64,000 nucleotides of DNA, from the NCBI GenBank assembly GCA_050012795.1, contig JBEKGM010000006.1, forward strand, positions 27,626-91,625. Reading direction: 5' to 3'. The DNA comes from Candidatus Bathyarchaeia archaeon. Its GTDB lineage: Archaea > Thermoproteota > Bathyarchaeia > 40CM-2-53-6. Numbering within the stretch: the stretch's first letter is position 1; every line of letters begins with the position of its first letter. The position numbers and the translations under genes were made by a program. Below the pieces are notes generated by a model. It ran no database searches and had not been told where the DNA came from. It saw nothing but the letters and a program-made list of their open reading frames with translations. Below, one piece after another: positions 37,550 to 46,696 of the stretch.

Positions 37550-39451
37550 CTAGCTGCCGACGAATGTTACTGTGTTGAAGATGACAGTTGAGCTGATCCC
37601 GGTATAGACCGGGTCAAGGTACCCACCGCTGACCACGCTCTTCTGCCAAGCTACTGAACCGCCTCCGAATACCAGCTTTATTGATCCTAACCAGATGTAG
37701 GGTGCGTCATTGTACATTTGAAGTTGGGCTGCTGTGCACAGCTGTTTGATCTGGTTCACATCGTTAGTAGAGGTCCAAGCATCCACACATTTCTGAACGA
37801 TTGGATTGGCGTAGATTGCATAGTCATTTGCGGGTGTATTCTGATTCGCGAAGAGTATCCAAGCGTCAGCTGGTGTGACTGCACCAGGCGCAAATGTTCC
37901 CGTACCGAACCAGGTCAGCTGTGACACTTGCTGTGCAACTGCCAGTCCTGCCGAATAGGAACCAGCTCCTGCTACATAGGGCAGCGTGTATTCGCTACCG
38001 GGAATTACCGCGATGTTCACTGTAATGCCAACTTGGGAGAGGTCTGACTGAACTATTTGAGCGGCTGAGATACAATAGGTGCAGCCAGCTACCACTCGAA
38101 AGTCTATGGGTGTCGTGGCCACATTAACTCCGGACGCGGTGATGTATTGCTGTGCTAGCGTCAAGTTGTACTGGTACTGTGGCAAGTTCCCAAGATCGTA
38201 GAAGTCCTTCTGCGCTGGATATTCGGGTCCGATCATGGGTGCCAATCCATTGAAGAATGCTCGTGCAGATATGTCTGTTAGGTTGACTGCGTGAACTATT
38301 GCCTGTCTGAAAGCAGTAATGTTGGTGGGGTAGCGGTGGGTATTCATTGCAATTCCCACGAACGCCATGGAAGCATCGGGCATGAGTGCATATCCATACT
38401 TGTCAGGGTTAGCAAGAACTAGAGGCCAGTTCTGACTTTGGATTCCTGCAATTTGTGCAGCACCAGTTGATAGGTCGGTGTATCTGGCTACGTCGTCTGG
38501 TTTGTAGTATACGATAACATTCTTCACGTGACCTGGGTCCAAGTACGGGTTCGCTTGAATATCAGCCGCCGACAAGCTGCTTGCCCAGTAGGTTGGGTTC
38601 TGAGTGAACTTTACGAAGGAACCTTCTGAAACGTCAGTAACGACGTAAGGTCCAGTTCCAGGGATCGGTTTCTGGTTGAATGCGGTGTTCAGAGCGGCAG
38701 GGGTTCCGAATCCACCGTTCTGTAGCACGTACTGAGTATCGAATATGAGACCAACGAAGGCTACTAAGATTTGAGGGAAGTATGCGAATGGAGCCTTGAG
38801 GTGGAAAACGATCTGGTATGGACTGGTTACGTAGATAGGCCATGAACTGTCACTCATGATGCTTAGCAAAGCTGGAGTCGGATTGGCGAGTCCACTTTGA
38901 GTCATGAGTGCAATTGTGGCTGGGCCGAAGTTGGCTTTGGACATATCGAAGACGTTGTATGCGTTGAGGAAACTGGAACTGTTTCCGGTCAGGTAAGCTA
39001 GGCCGTACATTTGTCCCCATACTTGATAGGAATTGAAGGGATCACCGTTTGAGAATGTAACGTTCTGTCTTAGGTTGAATGTGTATGTGGTGCCGTCGCT
39101 TGAAACCGACCAGTCCGTAGAGAGCATGGGGAGTATCTGAACGGTGCCCGGTCCATACTCCGCAGAAGCGTTTGTAGTAACAAGTGACTGGTAAACCGTG
39201 TATGTTAACCAATCAGGGTATGGTATAGCTTGCGGTGAAGTTAACTGATTAAGATCACCGCTGGGCCAGAACGCGTCGTCAATCACTAGGGTGTCACGCA
39301 TAGCAGCAGCGCTGGACGTCGGCATCATAGTAGTAGTTGCAGAAGGTGACGTAGTCTGAGTTGCGAAGTATACTCCGGCGGCCGCTATGACAATTATCAG
39401 GATAATAACAACGGCGATAACAGGTTTCTTAGCTCGAGATGTAGTGCTCAT
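37550..39451 (-). CDS. ABC transporter substrate-binding protein, family 5, paralogue 2 (first gene of the transporter operon)
   Basis: Same architecture as paralogues 1 and 3. Start moved to MSTTSRAKKP (ATG 39451-39449), because the TATA motif lies 23 nt upstream, inside the longer track ORF. Confidence 0.8.
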   Translation of the reverse strand: MSTTSRAKKPVIAVVIILIIVIAAAGVYFATQTTSPSATTTMMPTSSAAAMRDTLVIDDAFWPSGDLNQLTSPQAIPYPDWLTYTVYQSLVTTNASAEYGPGTVQILPMLSTDWSVSSDGTTYTFNLRQNVTFSNGDPFNSYQVWGQMYGLAYLTGNSSSFLNAYNVFDMSKANFGPATIALMTQSGLANPTPALLSIMSDSSWPIYVTSPYQIVFHLKAPFAYFPQILVAFVGLIFDTQYVLQNGGFGTPAALNTAFNQKPIPGTGPYVVTDVSEGSFVKFTQNPTYWASSLSAADIQANPYLDPGHVKNVIVYYKPDDVARYTDLSTGAAQIAGIQSQNWPLVLANPDKYGYALMPDASMAFVGIAMNTHRYPTNITAFRQAIVHAVNLTDISARAFFNGLAPMIGPEYPAQKDFYDLGNLPQYQYNLTLAQQYITASGVNVATTPIDFRVVAGCTYCISAAQIVQSDLSQVGITVNIAVIPGSEYTLPYVAGAGSYSAGLAVAQQVSQLTWFGTGTFAPGAVTPADAWILFANQNTPANDYAIYANPIVQKCVDAWTSTNDVNQIKQLCTAAQLQMYNDAPYIWLGSIKLVFGGGSVAWQKSVVSGGYLDPVYTGISSTVIFNTVTFVGS

Positions 39452-39473
39452 GGAAAGAGGCTTGGTAATTTCG

Positions 39474-39490
39474 CATATAACACTTTGCAG
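39474..39490 (-). promoter_or_regulatory. Putative BRE/TATA promoter of the SBP2-ABC-corrinoid operon
   Basis: The minus strand reads CTGCAAAGTGTTATATG. The 13-nt CTGCAAAGTGTTA is identical to the SBP3 upstream motif. The TATA box sits about 23 nt from the ATG, implying a leaderless or very short leader transcript. Confidence 0.45.
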
Positions 39491-39734
39491 CACACCTTGA
39501 AGCTTCGGAAAGATTTTACTTGTGAGACGGCAAAAAGTGAATGTAGAGAAACAATATTAAGATCTATTTGAACGACCCGCTTAGCCGTTTAATAACTGCA
39601 CCCAAATCAGATGGCTGAGTTCAGCTTACGTGCATTAGCCCTTGCGTAAGTCAACAAACCTTCCCAAGCATAGACACTAGAAGTTTCCTGAAATTTGCAA
39701 AACGATTAGAATTCCTGATTACAGGTCGAGTTGT

Positions 39735-40592
39735 CTAACGCCAGTAAGTGTGCGTTCCCCCGGCGGTTACGCCACCATCAATGACGAACGCGGTTCCTGT
39801 TATGAATGAGGCATCGTCAGATGTGAGGTAGAGGGCTGCTGCCGCAATCTCTTCAGGCCTTGAGAATCTTCTCAGCGGCATGATGTTCATCCATGTCTGT
39901 CTGGCGGCTTTCGGGTCTTGAGATGTTGCTAATCCCTTTTCCATGAGAGGAGTGTCGACGTTGCAGGGGCAGATGCAGTTGATCCTTATGTTGTAAGGAG
40001 CATAGTCAAGTGCCATTTGTTTCGTCAGAAGCACTACACCGCCTTTGGATGCGCAGTATGCTGCGGACGCTAATCCACCAACTAACCCGTACTCTGAACC
40101 CATGTTGATTATGACGCCGCTCTTCTGCTTCATCATATGTGGAAGCGTATACTTACAAAATAGAAATGTCCCCTTCAGGTTGATCGCGAGGAGTTTATCC
40201 CAATCTTCTTCACGCGTACCAACCGCGGTCCCGTCTGCCTGAGGATTGATGACGAAAATGTCTACGCCCGCTGAATTGTGGAGGATGTCGACCTTGCCGA
40301 AATGGGCGATGGTCTTTGAAACTGCATTCTCAATCGATGAGGAATTCGTGACATCTGTTTCAACTAGGAGGGCGTGTCCTCCATCCGTCTGGATCTTCTT
40401 GACTGTTTCTTCTCCTCGCTTAACGTCCAGATCGGCGACGACAATCCGAGCGCCTTCGTTAGCGAAGAGCAGTGCAGTAGCTCTTCCTATGCCTGAACCT
40501 GCTCCGGTGATTATTGCGACGCGATCTCTTAATTTCATTAATGAACCTCTCACCAGTTCTTTATTGAAATCCCAAAAAGAAACTTTGACCAT
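39735..40592 (-). CDS. Short-chain dehydrogenase/reductase (SDR)
   Basis: TGAGSGIG cofactor motif, NSAG and a YxxxK catalytic motif (YCASK). ATG 40592-40590 overlaps the upstream stop (TGATG). An alternative start is MKLRDRV (40538). Confidence 0.85.
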   Translation of the reverse strand: MVKVSFWDFNKELVRGSLMKLRDRVAIITGAGSGIGRATALLFANEGARIVVADLDVKRGEETVKKIQTDGGHALLVETDVTNSSSIENAVSKTIAHFGKVDILHNSAGVDIFVINPQADGTAVGTREEDWDKLLAINLKGTFLFCKYTLPHMMKQKSGVIINMGSEYGLVGGLASAAYCASKGGVVLLTKQMALDYAPYNIRINCICPCNVDTPLMEKGLATSQDPKAARQTWMNIMPLRRFSRPEEIAAAALYLTSDDASFITGTAFVIDGGVTAGGTHTYWR

Positions 40593-41401
40593 CAGAGATA
40601 TGGTTTGAGAGAGTTAAACGATTCTTTCGCGACTTGAAGAGGATCTTCCCTCCAGTATTCTGGTCTGAACATCTCTATTGATAACCAGCCGTCCCAACCG
40701 TGATCCTTAAGCCATCTTTCGTATTCGCGTAGTTTGATAACTCCCCTACCCGGTAGCAGCCTTTTCTCGTCCGTGAGCATCTCAGGTTGCCCTGGCTCAA
40801 CGTCATTGAAATGTACTATCCAGAGTCGCTCCAGTGGGAAGTCTCGAAGCTCGTCCAGTGTAGATCCGCCGACGTGACAGTGGAAGGTATCTATTATCAG
40901 CCCCACGTTGGATGCGACTGTTGCATTCAGAACTTCGACGGCGTCGTGGACAGTGCTTGCTGACGCTTCCGCGAGGAATTCAAATCCTACACCTACAGAA
41001 TACTCTGCGGCCACCTGCGCGATCCTACTTAGTCTGCCTGCAGTCATCTCAATAGCTTTCGCCTTCTGTATTTTCTTCTGGACGGGAGTGGGAGCAACAT
41101 GAAGGATTTTGCAGCCGGTATGTTGGCAGACCGTTGCGAACTCTCTTGCCCTATGCAACACAGCTTCAAAGTCCTCGGATGGAACGTAGGAGAATTCTTC
41201 GAGCGACCCCACGCAGACTGCCTCTAGGTGATGGACCTCCAAGAGCTCTCTTAGTTGACTCCAAGTGTTGTTCAAGGCGGCGTATGAACGCAGCTTCTCT
41301 ATTCTAAACTCGATACCTTGAAAACCGGCTGATGAAGCTGCTTGGATGAAGTCTTGGACATCTGTTTGATTCAGTGTGGCCTGATTAAGGCACGCTTTCA
41401 T
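40592..41401 (-). CDS. Xylose-isomerase-like TIM-barrel protein
   Basis: 269 aa with the same family pattern (GFQGIEF..., LIIDTFHCHVGG and WIVHFNDV...PGRGVIKL). Confidence 0.75.
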   Translation of the reverse strand: MKACLNQATLNQTDVQDFIQAASSAGFQGIEFRIEKLRSYAALNNTWSQLRELLEVHHLEAVCVGSLEEFSYVPSEDFEAVLHRAREFATVCQHTGCKILHVAPTPVQKKIQKAKAIEMTAGRLSRIAQVAAEYSVGVGFEFLAEASASTVHDAVEVLNATVASNVGLIIDTFHCHVGGSTLDELRDFPLERLWIVHFNDVEPGQPEMLTDEKRLLPGRGVIKLREYERWLKDHGWDGWLSIEMFRPEYWREDPLQVAKESFNSLKPYL

Positions 41402-41457
41402 TCAACGACAGCTCTCCCGTACGCTGTATACTCATCGGAATGAGGAAGCGTCAATCC

Positions 41458-41465
41458 AAAAAAAA
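41458..41465 (-). terminator. Oligo-T tract downstream of SBP3 (archaeal-type terminator candidate)
   Basis: An A8 run on the plus strand is T8 on the coding strand. It lies 27 nt after the SBP3 stop and before the next gene. Confidence 0.4.
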
Positions 41466-41491
41466 GGAAAATGGTTGAGTTGGGTTTGCTG

Positions 41492-43390
41492 TTAGCTCAC
41501 GAATGTGACCGTGTTGAAGATGGCGGTTGTAGATTGCGAGGTGAAATCTGGGTCCATAAGGAAGCCTTTGACGACGGTCTTATCCCAAACGACGGATCCT
41601 CCGCCAAACGCGAGTGTGGGGTTGCCTAGCCATATGTACGGGGCATCGTCGTAAACCTGCTTGTTCGCTGCAGTGCAAGCGACCTTGATTGCGGTCACGT
41701 CCGCGGTAGTGAACCACGAGTTGACGCAGTTGTCGACTATAGGGTTGCCATAGTTCGCGAAGTTGCCAGTAGGGCTCTTGGAATTCACAAACATCACCCA
41801 ACCGTCCGCAGGAGTAGGAGCCTCAGGTGCAAAGGTTGGAAAGCCCATCCACGCCAAGTGCGCCTCCTGCTGTGCGACTGGAATTGACGCGGAATATGAG
41901 GAGTACCCGGCCGTGTACGGGAGCGTCAATTCCGCAGGCGGGGTCACCTCGACTGTTACTGAGATACCGATTTGGCCGAGGTCGGCTTGAACTACTTGCG
42001 CTGCTGAAATACAACTGATGCACCCAGCGATAACCCTGAACTCGAGCGGTGCCATTGTTGCCACGTTCACACCGGATTCTTTCAAGTATTGTTGGGCCAG
42101 AGTCAAATTGTACTGGTAGGGGGGCAGGTCGCCAAGGTTGTAGAAGTCTTTCTCTGCTCGATACTCGGGACCGACCATGGGCACCATCGTATTGTAGTAA
42201 ACTTTCTGATTAACTTCGGTCACGTTCACGGCGTGTACGAGGGCCTGCCTGAAGGCAGTGATGTTGGTTGGATACCGCAGAGTGTTCATGCCGATACCTA
42301 CGACAATTAGAGCGTCATTCGGCATTTTGAAGTAATCATACTTGTCAGGGTTTGCGAGCACGAGTGGCCAACTCGTGTAAATCGAAGCAATCTGGGCGGT
42401 TCCCGTGGAGAGATCTGAATATCTTACGACGTCATCGCCTTTTGCGTAAACAATCACGTTCTTGACGTGTCCAGGGTCTACGTACGGGTTTGCTTGAATT
42501 TCGGCTGGGGTCAGGCTATTTCCCCAATAAGTCGGGTTCTGTGAAAACTTCTCAAAGGAACCTAACTCAAATCCAGTTGGGACGTATGGTCCCGTTCCTG
42601 GAATCGCATGCTGGTTGAAGTAAGTATTAATCGCAGTTGGAGTACCGAAGCCTCCGTTCTGGAGGATGTATTGCGTGTCCAGGATTAAGCCAACGTACAT
42701 GGTTAAGACTTGAAGCATCCACTTAAACGGAGACTTCAAGTGGAGTACGATTTGGCTCGGCCCAGTCACGTATATAGGCCACGTATTATCCATCATGATC
42801 TTCAGTAACTCTGGACTTGGGTTGATGACTCCGCTCTGGGTCATGAGCGCGACAGTAGCAGGACCGAACTTGACAGGTGACATGTCAAACACCTGGTAAC
42901 CGTTCATAAAGCTCGAACTATTCCCTGACAGGTAGTAGAACTCGTACAAGTCCCCCCACACTTGGTAAGCATTGAAGGGATCACCGTTCGAAAAAGTCAC
43001 ATTCTGTCTAAGGTTAAACGTGTAGACTGTACCATCCGGCGAAACTGTCCAATCAGTTGCGAGATCCGGCATTACTTGAGTAGTGTCACCAGTCGTGTAC
43101 ACTAAGCTACCATTTAGGGTGACAAGCGGTTGGTAAACCGTATAGTACCACCAGTCGCTGCCGACTATGTTCAACGTTGGAGGAATCGGATTGAGATCTG
43201 ACCCGGACCAGTAGATCTCATCTATGACTAGCGTGTCGTGAAGCGAACTCGACATGGTAGCACTAGTGGTAGTAGCCATCGGAGCGGTCGGTTGCATTGA
43301 GGAATACAGACCCACCCCTATACCGGCAATCACCACAATAATTACGATAAGAACGGCCGCGGTTGTTTTGGTTACCGCTTTACTTATCAT
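41492..43390 (-). CDS. ABC transporter substrate-binding protein, family 5, paralogue 3
   Basis: 632 aa with a TM anchor and Ser/Thr-rich linker. Long blocks are near-identical to paralogues 1 and 2 (e.g. TYTFNLRQNVTFSNGDPFNAYQVWG). Confidence 0.8.
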   Translation of the reverse strand: MISKAVTKTTAAVLIVIIVVIAGIGVGLYSSMQPTAPMATTTSATMSSSLHDTLVIDEIYWSGSDLNPIPPTLNIVGSDWWYYTVYQPLVTLNGSLVYTTGDTTQVMPDLATDWTVSPDGTVYTFNLRQNVTFSNGDPFNAYQVWGDLYEFYYLSGNSSSFMNGYQVFDMSPVKFGPATVALMTQSGVINPSPELLKIMMDNTWPIYVTGPSQIVLHLKSPFKWMLQVLTMYVGLILDTQYILQNGGFGTPTAINTYFNQHAIPGTGPYVPTGFELGSFEKFSQNPTYWGNSLTPAEIQANPYVDPGHVKNVIVYAKGDDVVRYSDLSTGTAQIASIYTSWPLVLANPDKYDYFKMPNDALIVVGIGMNTLRYPTNITAFRQALVHAVNVTEVNQKVYYNTMVPMVGPEYRAEKDFYNLGDLPPYQYNLTLAQQYLKESGVNVATMAPLEFRVIAGCISCISAAQVVQADLGQIGISVTVEVTPPAELTLPYTAGYSSYSASIPVAQQEAHLAWMGFPTFAPEAPTPADGWVMFVNSKSPTGNFANYGNPIVDNCVNSWFTTADVTAIKVACTAANKQVYDDAPYIWLGNPTLAFGGGSVVWDKTVVKGFLMDPDFTSQSTTAIFNTVTFVS

Positions 43391-43413
43391 GCAAATGAAT
43401 CTGATTTACATTT

Positions 43414-43429
43414 ACTTAACACTTTGCAG
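43414..43429 (-). promoter_or_regulatory. Putative promoter motif of SBP3
   Basis: The minus strand reads CTGCAAAGTGTTAAGT, sharing the 13-nt core with the SBP2 promoter. Confidence 0.4.
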
Positions 43430-43496
43430 ATGCCGGAAAGACCGCTTTTTACCTGACAAAATGAGGATTAAGATCCACCGTCCATCCACGTCTAGA

Positions 43497-43505
43497 TTTT
43501 TATAA
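43497..43505 (+). promoter_or_regulatory. TATA-box candidate for the plus-strand TIM-barrel/ADH pair
   Basis: TTTTTATAA lies about 36 nt upstream of ATG 43541, in the divergent intergenic region. Confidence 0.4.
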
Positions 43506-43540
43506 TTCAGCTCCAACCTTCAAGTTGAGAAATTCGGAAA

Positions 43541-44347
43541 ATGATCCCGTGCATAAATCAGGCAACCGTACTAACCACGGACACGAAGAGGTTCTTGGAG
43601 AAAGCGAAATCACACAACTTCACTCATGTAGAACTGGACATTACCAAAGTCGAGCAGAGCATCGCCAAAGATGGCAGAACCCACCTCCAGAAATGTCTCA
43701 TCGATAACGCGATCAAAGTGGTCAGCCTTAACGCAATAGAGAATTACCCGATTCTCACGAAAGACGAAATGGCCAAGTCACTCCTCAGGTGCACTGAGGT
43801 CATCGAATTATCAAACTCACTCAACTGTGATACTGTTGTAGTGAACCCGAACGAAGTCGCAGCAGACCAAGACGTGATGAGGACACGGTTTGATGAGTTC
43901 ATGATTCAGACTGCTGAAATTGCGGAAGATCACGACATCCGTGTAGGGTTTGAGTATGTTAGTTACGGTGACAGGATTGTCAATTCCCTTAGCGGGAGCC
44001 TCGAGGGATTAGCAAGATGGACCGGGGGAATTGGATTAGTGCTTGACATCTTTCACATGTACCGGTCGGGTGAAAAGATCAGCGAGATTCCTTCGAAGGA
44101 TCGGCAAAAACTATGGATCTTCCACATTAACGACGCCCCGAGTATTCCAATACCCAGAGTGCGAGATTCAGATCGGGTCATGCCACTGGAAGGAGTCATC
44201 AACCTGCGCGAGTACGTTAACCAACTTCGTGAGATGAGATTCGATGGCCCAGTTTCAGTTGAATTGTTCAACAAGAAGTACTGGGATATGCAGCCTGATA
44301 ATGTGATTGGGAAAGCCAAAATCAGCCTTAAAGAACTTGGAATCTAA
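43541..44347 (+). CDS. Xylose-isomerase-like TIM-barrel protein
   Basis: 268 aa with VLDIFHMYRSG and WIFHINDAP...PLEGVINL. Confidence 0.75.
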   Translation: MIPCINQATVLTTDTKRFLEKAKSHNFTHVELDITKVEQSIAKDGRTHLQKCLIDNAIKVVSLNAIENYPILTKDEMAKSLLRCTEVIELSNSLNCDTVVVNPNEVAADQDVMRTRFDEFMIQTAEIAEDHDIRVGFEYVSYGDRIVNSLSGSLEGLARWTGGIGLVLDIFHMYRSGEKISEIPSKDRQKLWIFHINDAPSIPIPRVRDSDRVMPLEGVINLREYVNQLREMRFDGPVSVELFNKKYWDMQPDNVIGKAKISLKELGI

Positions 44348-44440
44348 CAAATTGCCACGACGCCGAGGTAACTGAGAATTACATGTCGTGATAGATGAAC
44401 CGCACAGTTAAAGAACAGTTGCCACATTTCTGGCGAACAA

Positions 44441-45484
44441 GTGAATTATCCGTTGGCTAAGATGATCGGTGCACTACTTAGAGGGCTGAAGGAAGGAGTC
44501 AGCGTAGTCGAACTTGACGCTCCCACACCCGCCAATCCCAATGATGTTGTGGTCCGTATGCGAGCGTGCGGTATGTGCGGAACGGACCTGGCAATTCTTG
44601 AGGGGCGGCATCCAGCAAAGCCACCAGTAATCCTAGGTCATGAATGCGCTGGTGAAGTAGCACAGGTCGGCAGCGCTGTAACTAGTCTGAGCGTAGGGGA
44701 TCACGTTGTCGTTGACCCCAACCTTCGATGCGGTGTTTGCCGGTATTGCAGATCGGACCGTCCGAACCTCTGCGAGACGCTTGTAAGTATAGGCGAAGAC
44801 ATCAACGGAGGTTTCGCGACTCATATGCTTGCACCCGAGAAAGCGATCTACAAGATTCCAAAGAGCATGGATTGGAAAACTGCGGCACTGACGGAACCAT
44901 TCTCGTGCATCATCAACGGATTCCTTAGAGCGAGAGTGAGGCCATCCGACACTGCCGTTGTTTACGGTGCTGGTCCGATGGGACTCTTCTGGGTGAGTTT
45001 GCTTCGACGCGCTGGAGCTCGCAAGGTAATGTCTGTTGAGATCGCGGAAAAGCGACGGCAGGCAGCGAAGAGGGTTGGGGCTGACGTCACAATAAACCCT
45101 TCCACAGAGGACCCTGTGAAGCGGGTCCTGGATGAGACAGGAGGTTTGGGCGCAGACGTTGGGGTAGAGGTTATCGGTAAGATCGAGACGGTTGAGGCAG
45201 CAATTCAATCATCAGCGCACGGAGGACGCGTGGTCATCATGGGAACCTGCAGACCAGACGCCGCTGCTAAATTCAGTCCGTTCGACGTCATGCGCTACGA
45301 GAAAGACATACTAGGATCGCATACACAGGCCGCAAGTTTCCGAACAGCCATCGACATGCTAGATGCAGGCTTCGTTCCGGTAGACGTGATCGTGACTCAC
45401 CTTATACCGTTGAAGGAGATTGATAGGGCATTCACCCTCAACAAGACGGGTGAAGCCGTAAAGACTGTTGTTGTAATGGATTAG
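44441..45484 (+). CDS. Zinc-dependent alcohol/polyol dehydrogenase (MDR family)
   Basis: Catalytic Zn ligands CGMCGTD...GHE and the structural Zn cluster CGVCRYCRSDRPNLC. Rossmann segment VVYGAGPMG. Confidence 0.85.
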   Translation: MNYPLAKMIGALLRGLKEGVSVVELDAPTPANPNDVVVRMRACGMCGTDLAILEGRHPAKPPVILGHECAGEVAQVGSAVTSLSVGDHVVVDPNLRCGVCRYCRSDRPNLCETLVSIGEDINGGFATHMLAPEKAIYKIPKSMDWKTAALTEPFSCIINGFLRARVRPSDTAVVYGAGPMGLFWVSLLRRAGARKVMSVEIAEKRRQAAKRVGADVTINPSTEDPVKRVLDETGGLGADVGVEVIGKIETVEAAIQSSAHGGRVVIMGTCRPDAAAKFSPFDVMRYEKDILGSHTQAASFRTAIDMLDAGFVPVDVIVTHLIPLKEIDRAFTLNKTGEAVKTVVVMD

Positions 45485-45535
45485 CCTTCCGAAAAAAGGA
45501 TTCACGGGCGGCGGCTGCCGCCCTTACTTCGTCTG

Positions 45536-46645
45536 TTAATTTGTCATGGCTCTACCTGGAAGCTCGTATATTGATTTCCAGCCAGGACTCAAAGGTTCCT
45601 TCAGGTAGGGTTCCATCTCTTCGCGAGATCGAAGAGTAATCTTGTCTACGGGCGGTACTTTTCCAGCTGGGTATGCTTGAAGGATCTCGTCGCAAACCAG
45701 CGTGAGGTATCGCAGGATGGCTGCAATCGGTCTCTTGGCTTTTCTCGCAGTTGCCAAAGTGGGTTTTCCAACAACCCCTTCCGGAGTGGCCGTGATCTCG
45801 ATAGCTGCCTGCCCCTCACCCTCAGACCATTTGTGTGGTCTGCGGAACGGGTCAACTGACTTGTCGAAGTGACCGTCGGGTAAGTAGGATATGCCCTGCG
45901 TATCCTTAGCTAAGGTCATGTCAACCATCTCTGGCGGGAAGAGCAAAAGCGCGTTGGACGTCTCTGCTTCGTCCGCGTGGACGAAGTGTGTTGCCATAGC
46001 ATCTGCCTTTCCTGTTGGACCCCAGAATTCCCGAACCGCACGATGCCAGTCCAACATTCTGAATATGCCTGGAAGCTGATATCGCTTCATGAATTCGTGC
46101 AACGCAGACTCCAAGACCCAAAGCTGCCCGTGATTGTTCACGATTATCTGCTTCCTAAACCCGTCATTCCAGAGTCCAGCCATAACGGCGATCAATATTT
46201 CTCGAGCAGTAGTCTCAGATACAATGACAGTACCTGGCATTCCAATATGATGGAATGGGTGAGCTCCATAATTGAGCGGCGGTAGGGCAAGGTTTACAGG
46301 GGCACCTTTCTTCGCCGTGTATCGACGTACGCCCTCGCAAATCTGTGAGACCACGAACGTGTCCAATCCGGAGACGGTGTGAACACCGTGGTTTTCTGTG
46401 CATCCTACCGGAATCAGAACGATATCGTTCTTCCTTCTATTCTCCACGAGCCTCTGGCGAACCGTAGTCTGGATGTAACTTCCCGGTTTCCCTAGTTCAG
46501 GAGGGGATGGTATTCCATAGTCGCGTAGAATTTCGTCTATCTTCTGTTCGGAAGCGTCCCAAATCTCCTTCTTCAATTTTCCGACAGGAGTATTCTCAAA
46601 TATGATGTTAGGTTGGTCAGTAGTAATCCACATGTTACTAGTCAT
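45536..46645 (-). CDS. Creatininase-superfamily hydrolase (candidate IolN-like ring-cleaving hydrolase)
   Basis: 369 aa. The family core is IVLIPVGCTENHGVH, with downstream His/Asp/Glu metal ligands (HADEAETS). The IolN-like assignment is contextual. Confidence 0.6.
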   Translation of the reverse strand: MTSNMWITTDQPNIIFENTPVGKLKKEIWDASEQKIDEILRDYGIPSPPELGKPGSYIQTTVRQRLVENRRKNDIVLIPVGCTENHGVHTVSGLDTFVVSQICEGVRRYTAKKGAPVNLALPPLNYGAHPFHHIGMPGTVIVSETTAREILIAVMAGLWNDGFRKQIIVNNHGQLWVLESALHEFMKRYQLPGIFRMLDWHRAVREFWGPTGKADAMATHFVHADEAETSNALLLFPPEMVDMTLAKDTQGISYLPDGHFDKSVDPFRRPHKWSEGEGQAAIEITATPEGVVGKPTLATARKAKRPIAAILRYLTLVCDEILQAYPAGKVPPVDKITLRSREEMEPYLKEPLSPGWKSIYELPGRAMTN

Positions 46646-46696
46646 ACAGCTAACGCCTGTGCGGCAAGAATCGCCATTGTCTATTAAAAGTGGTTC

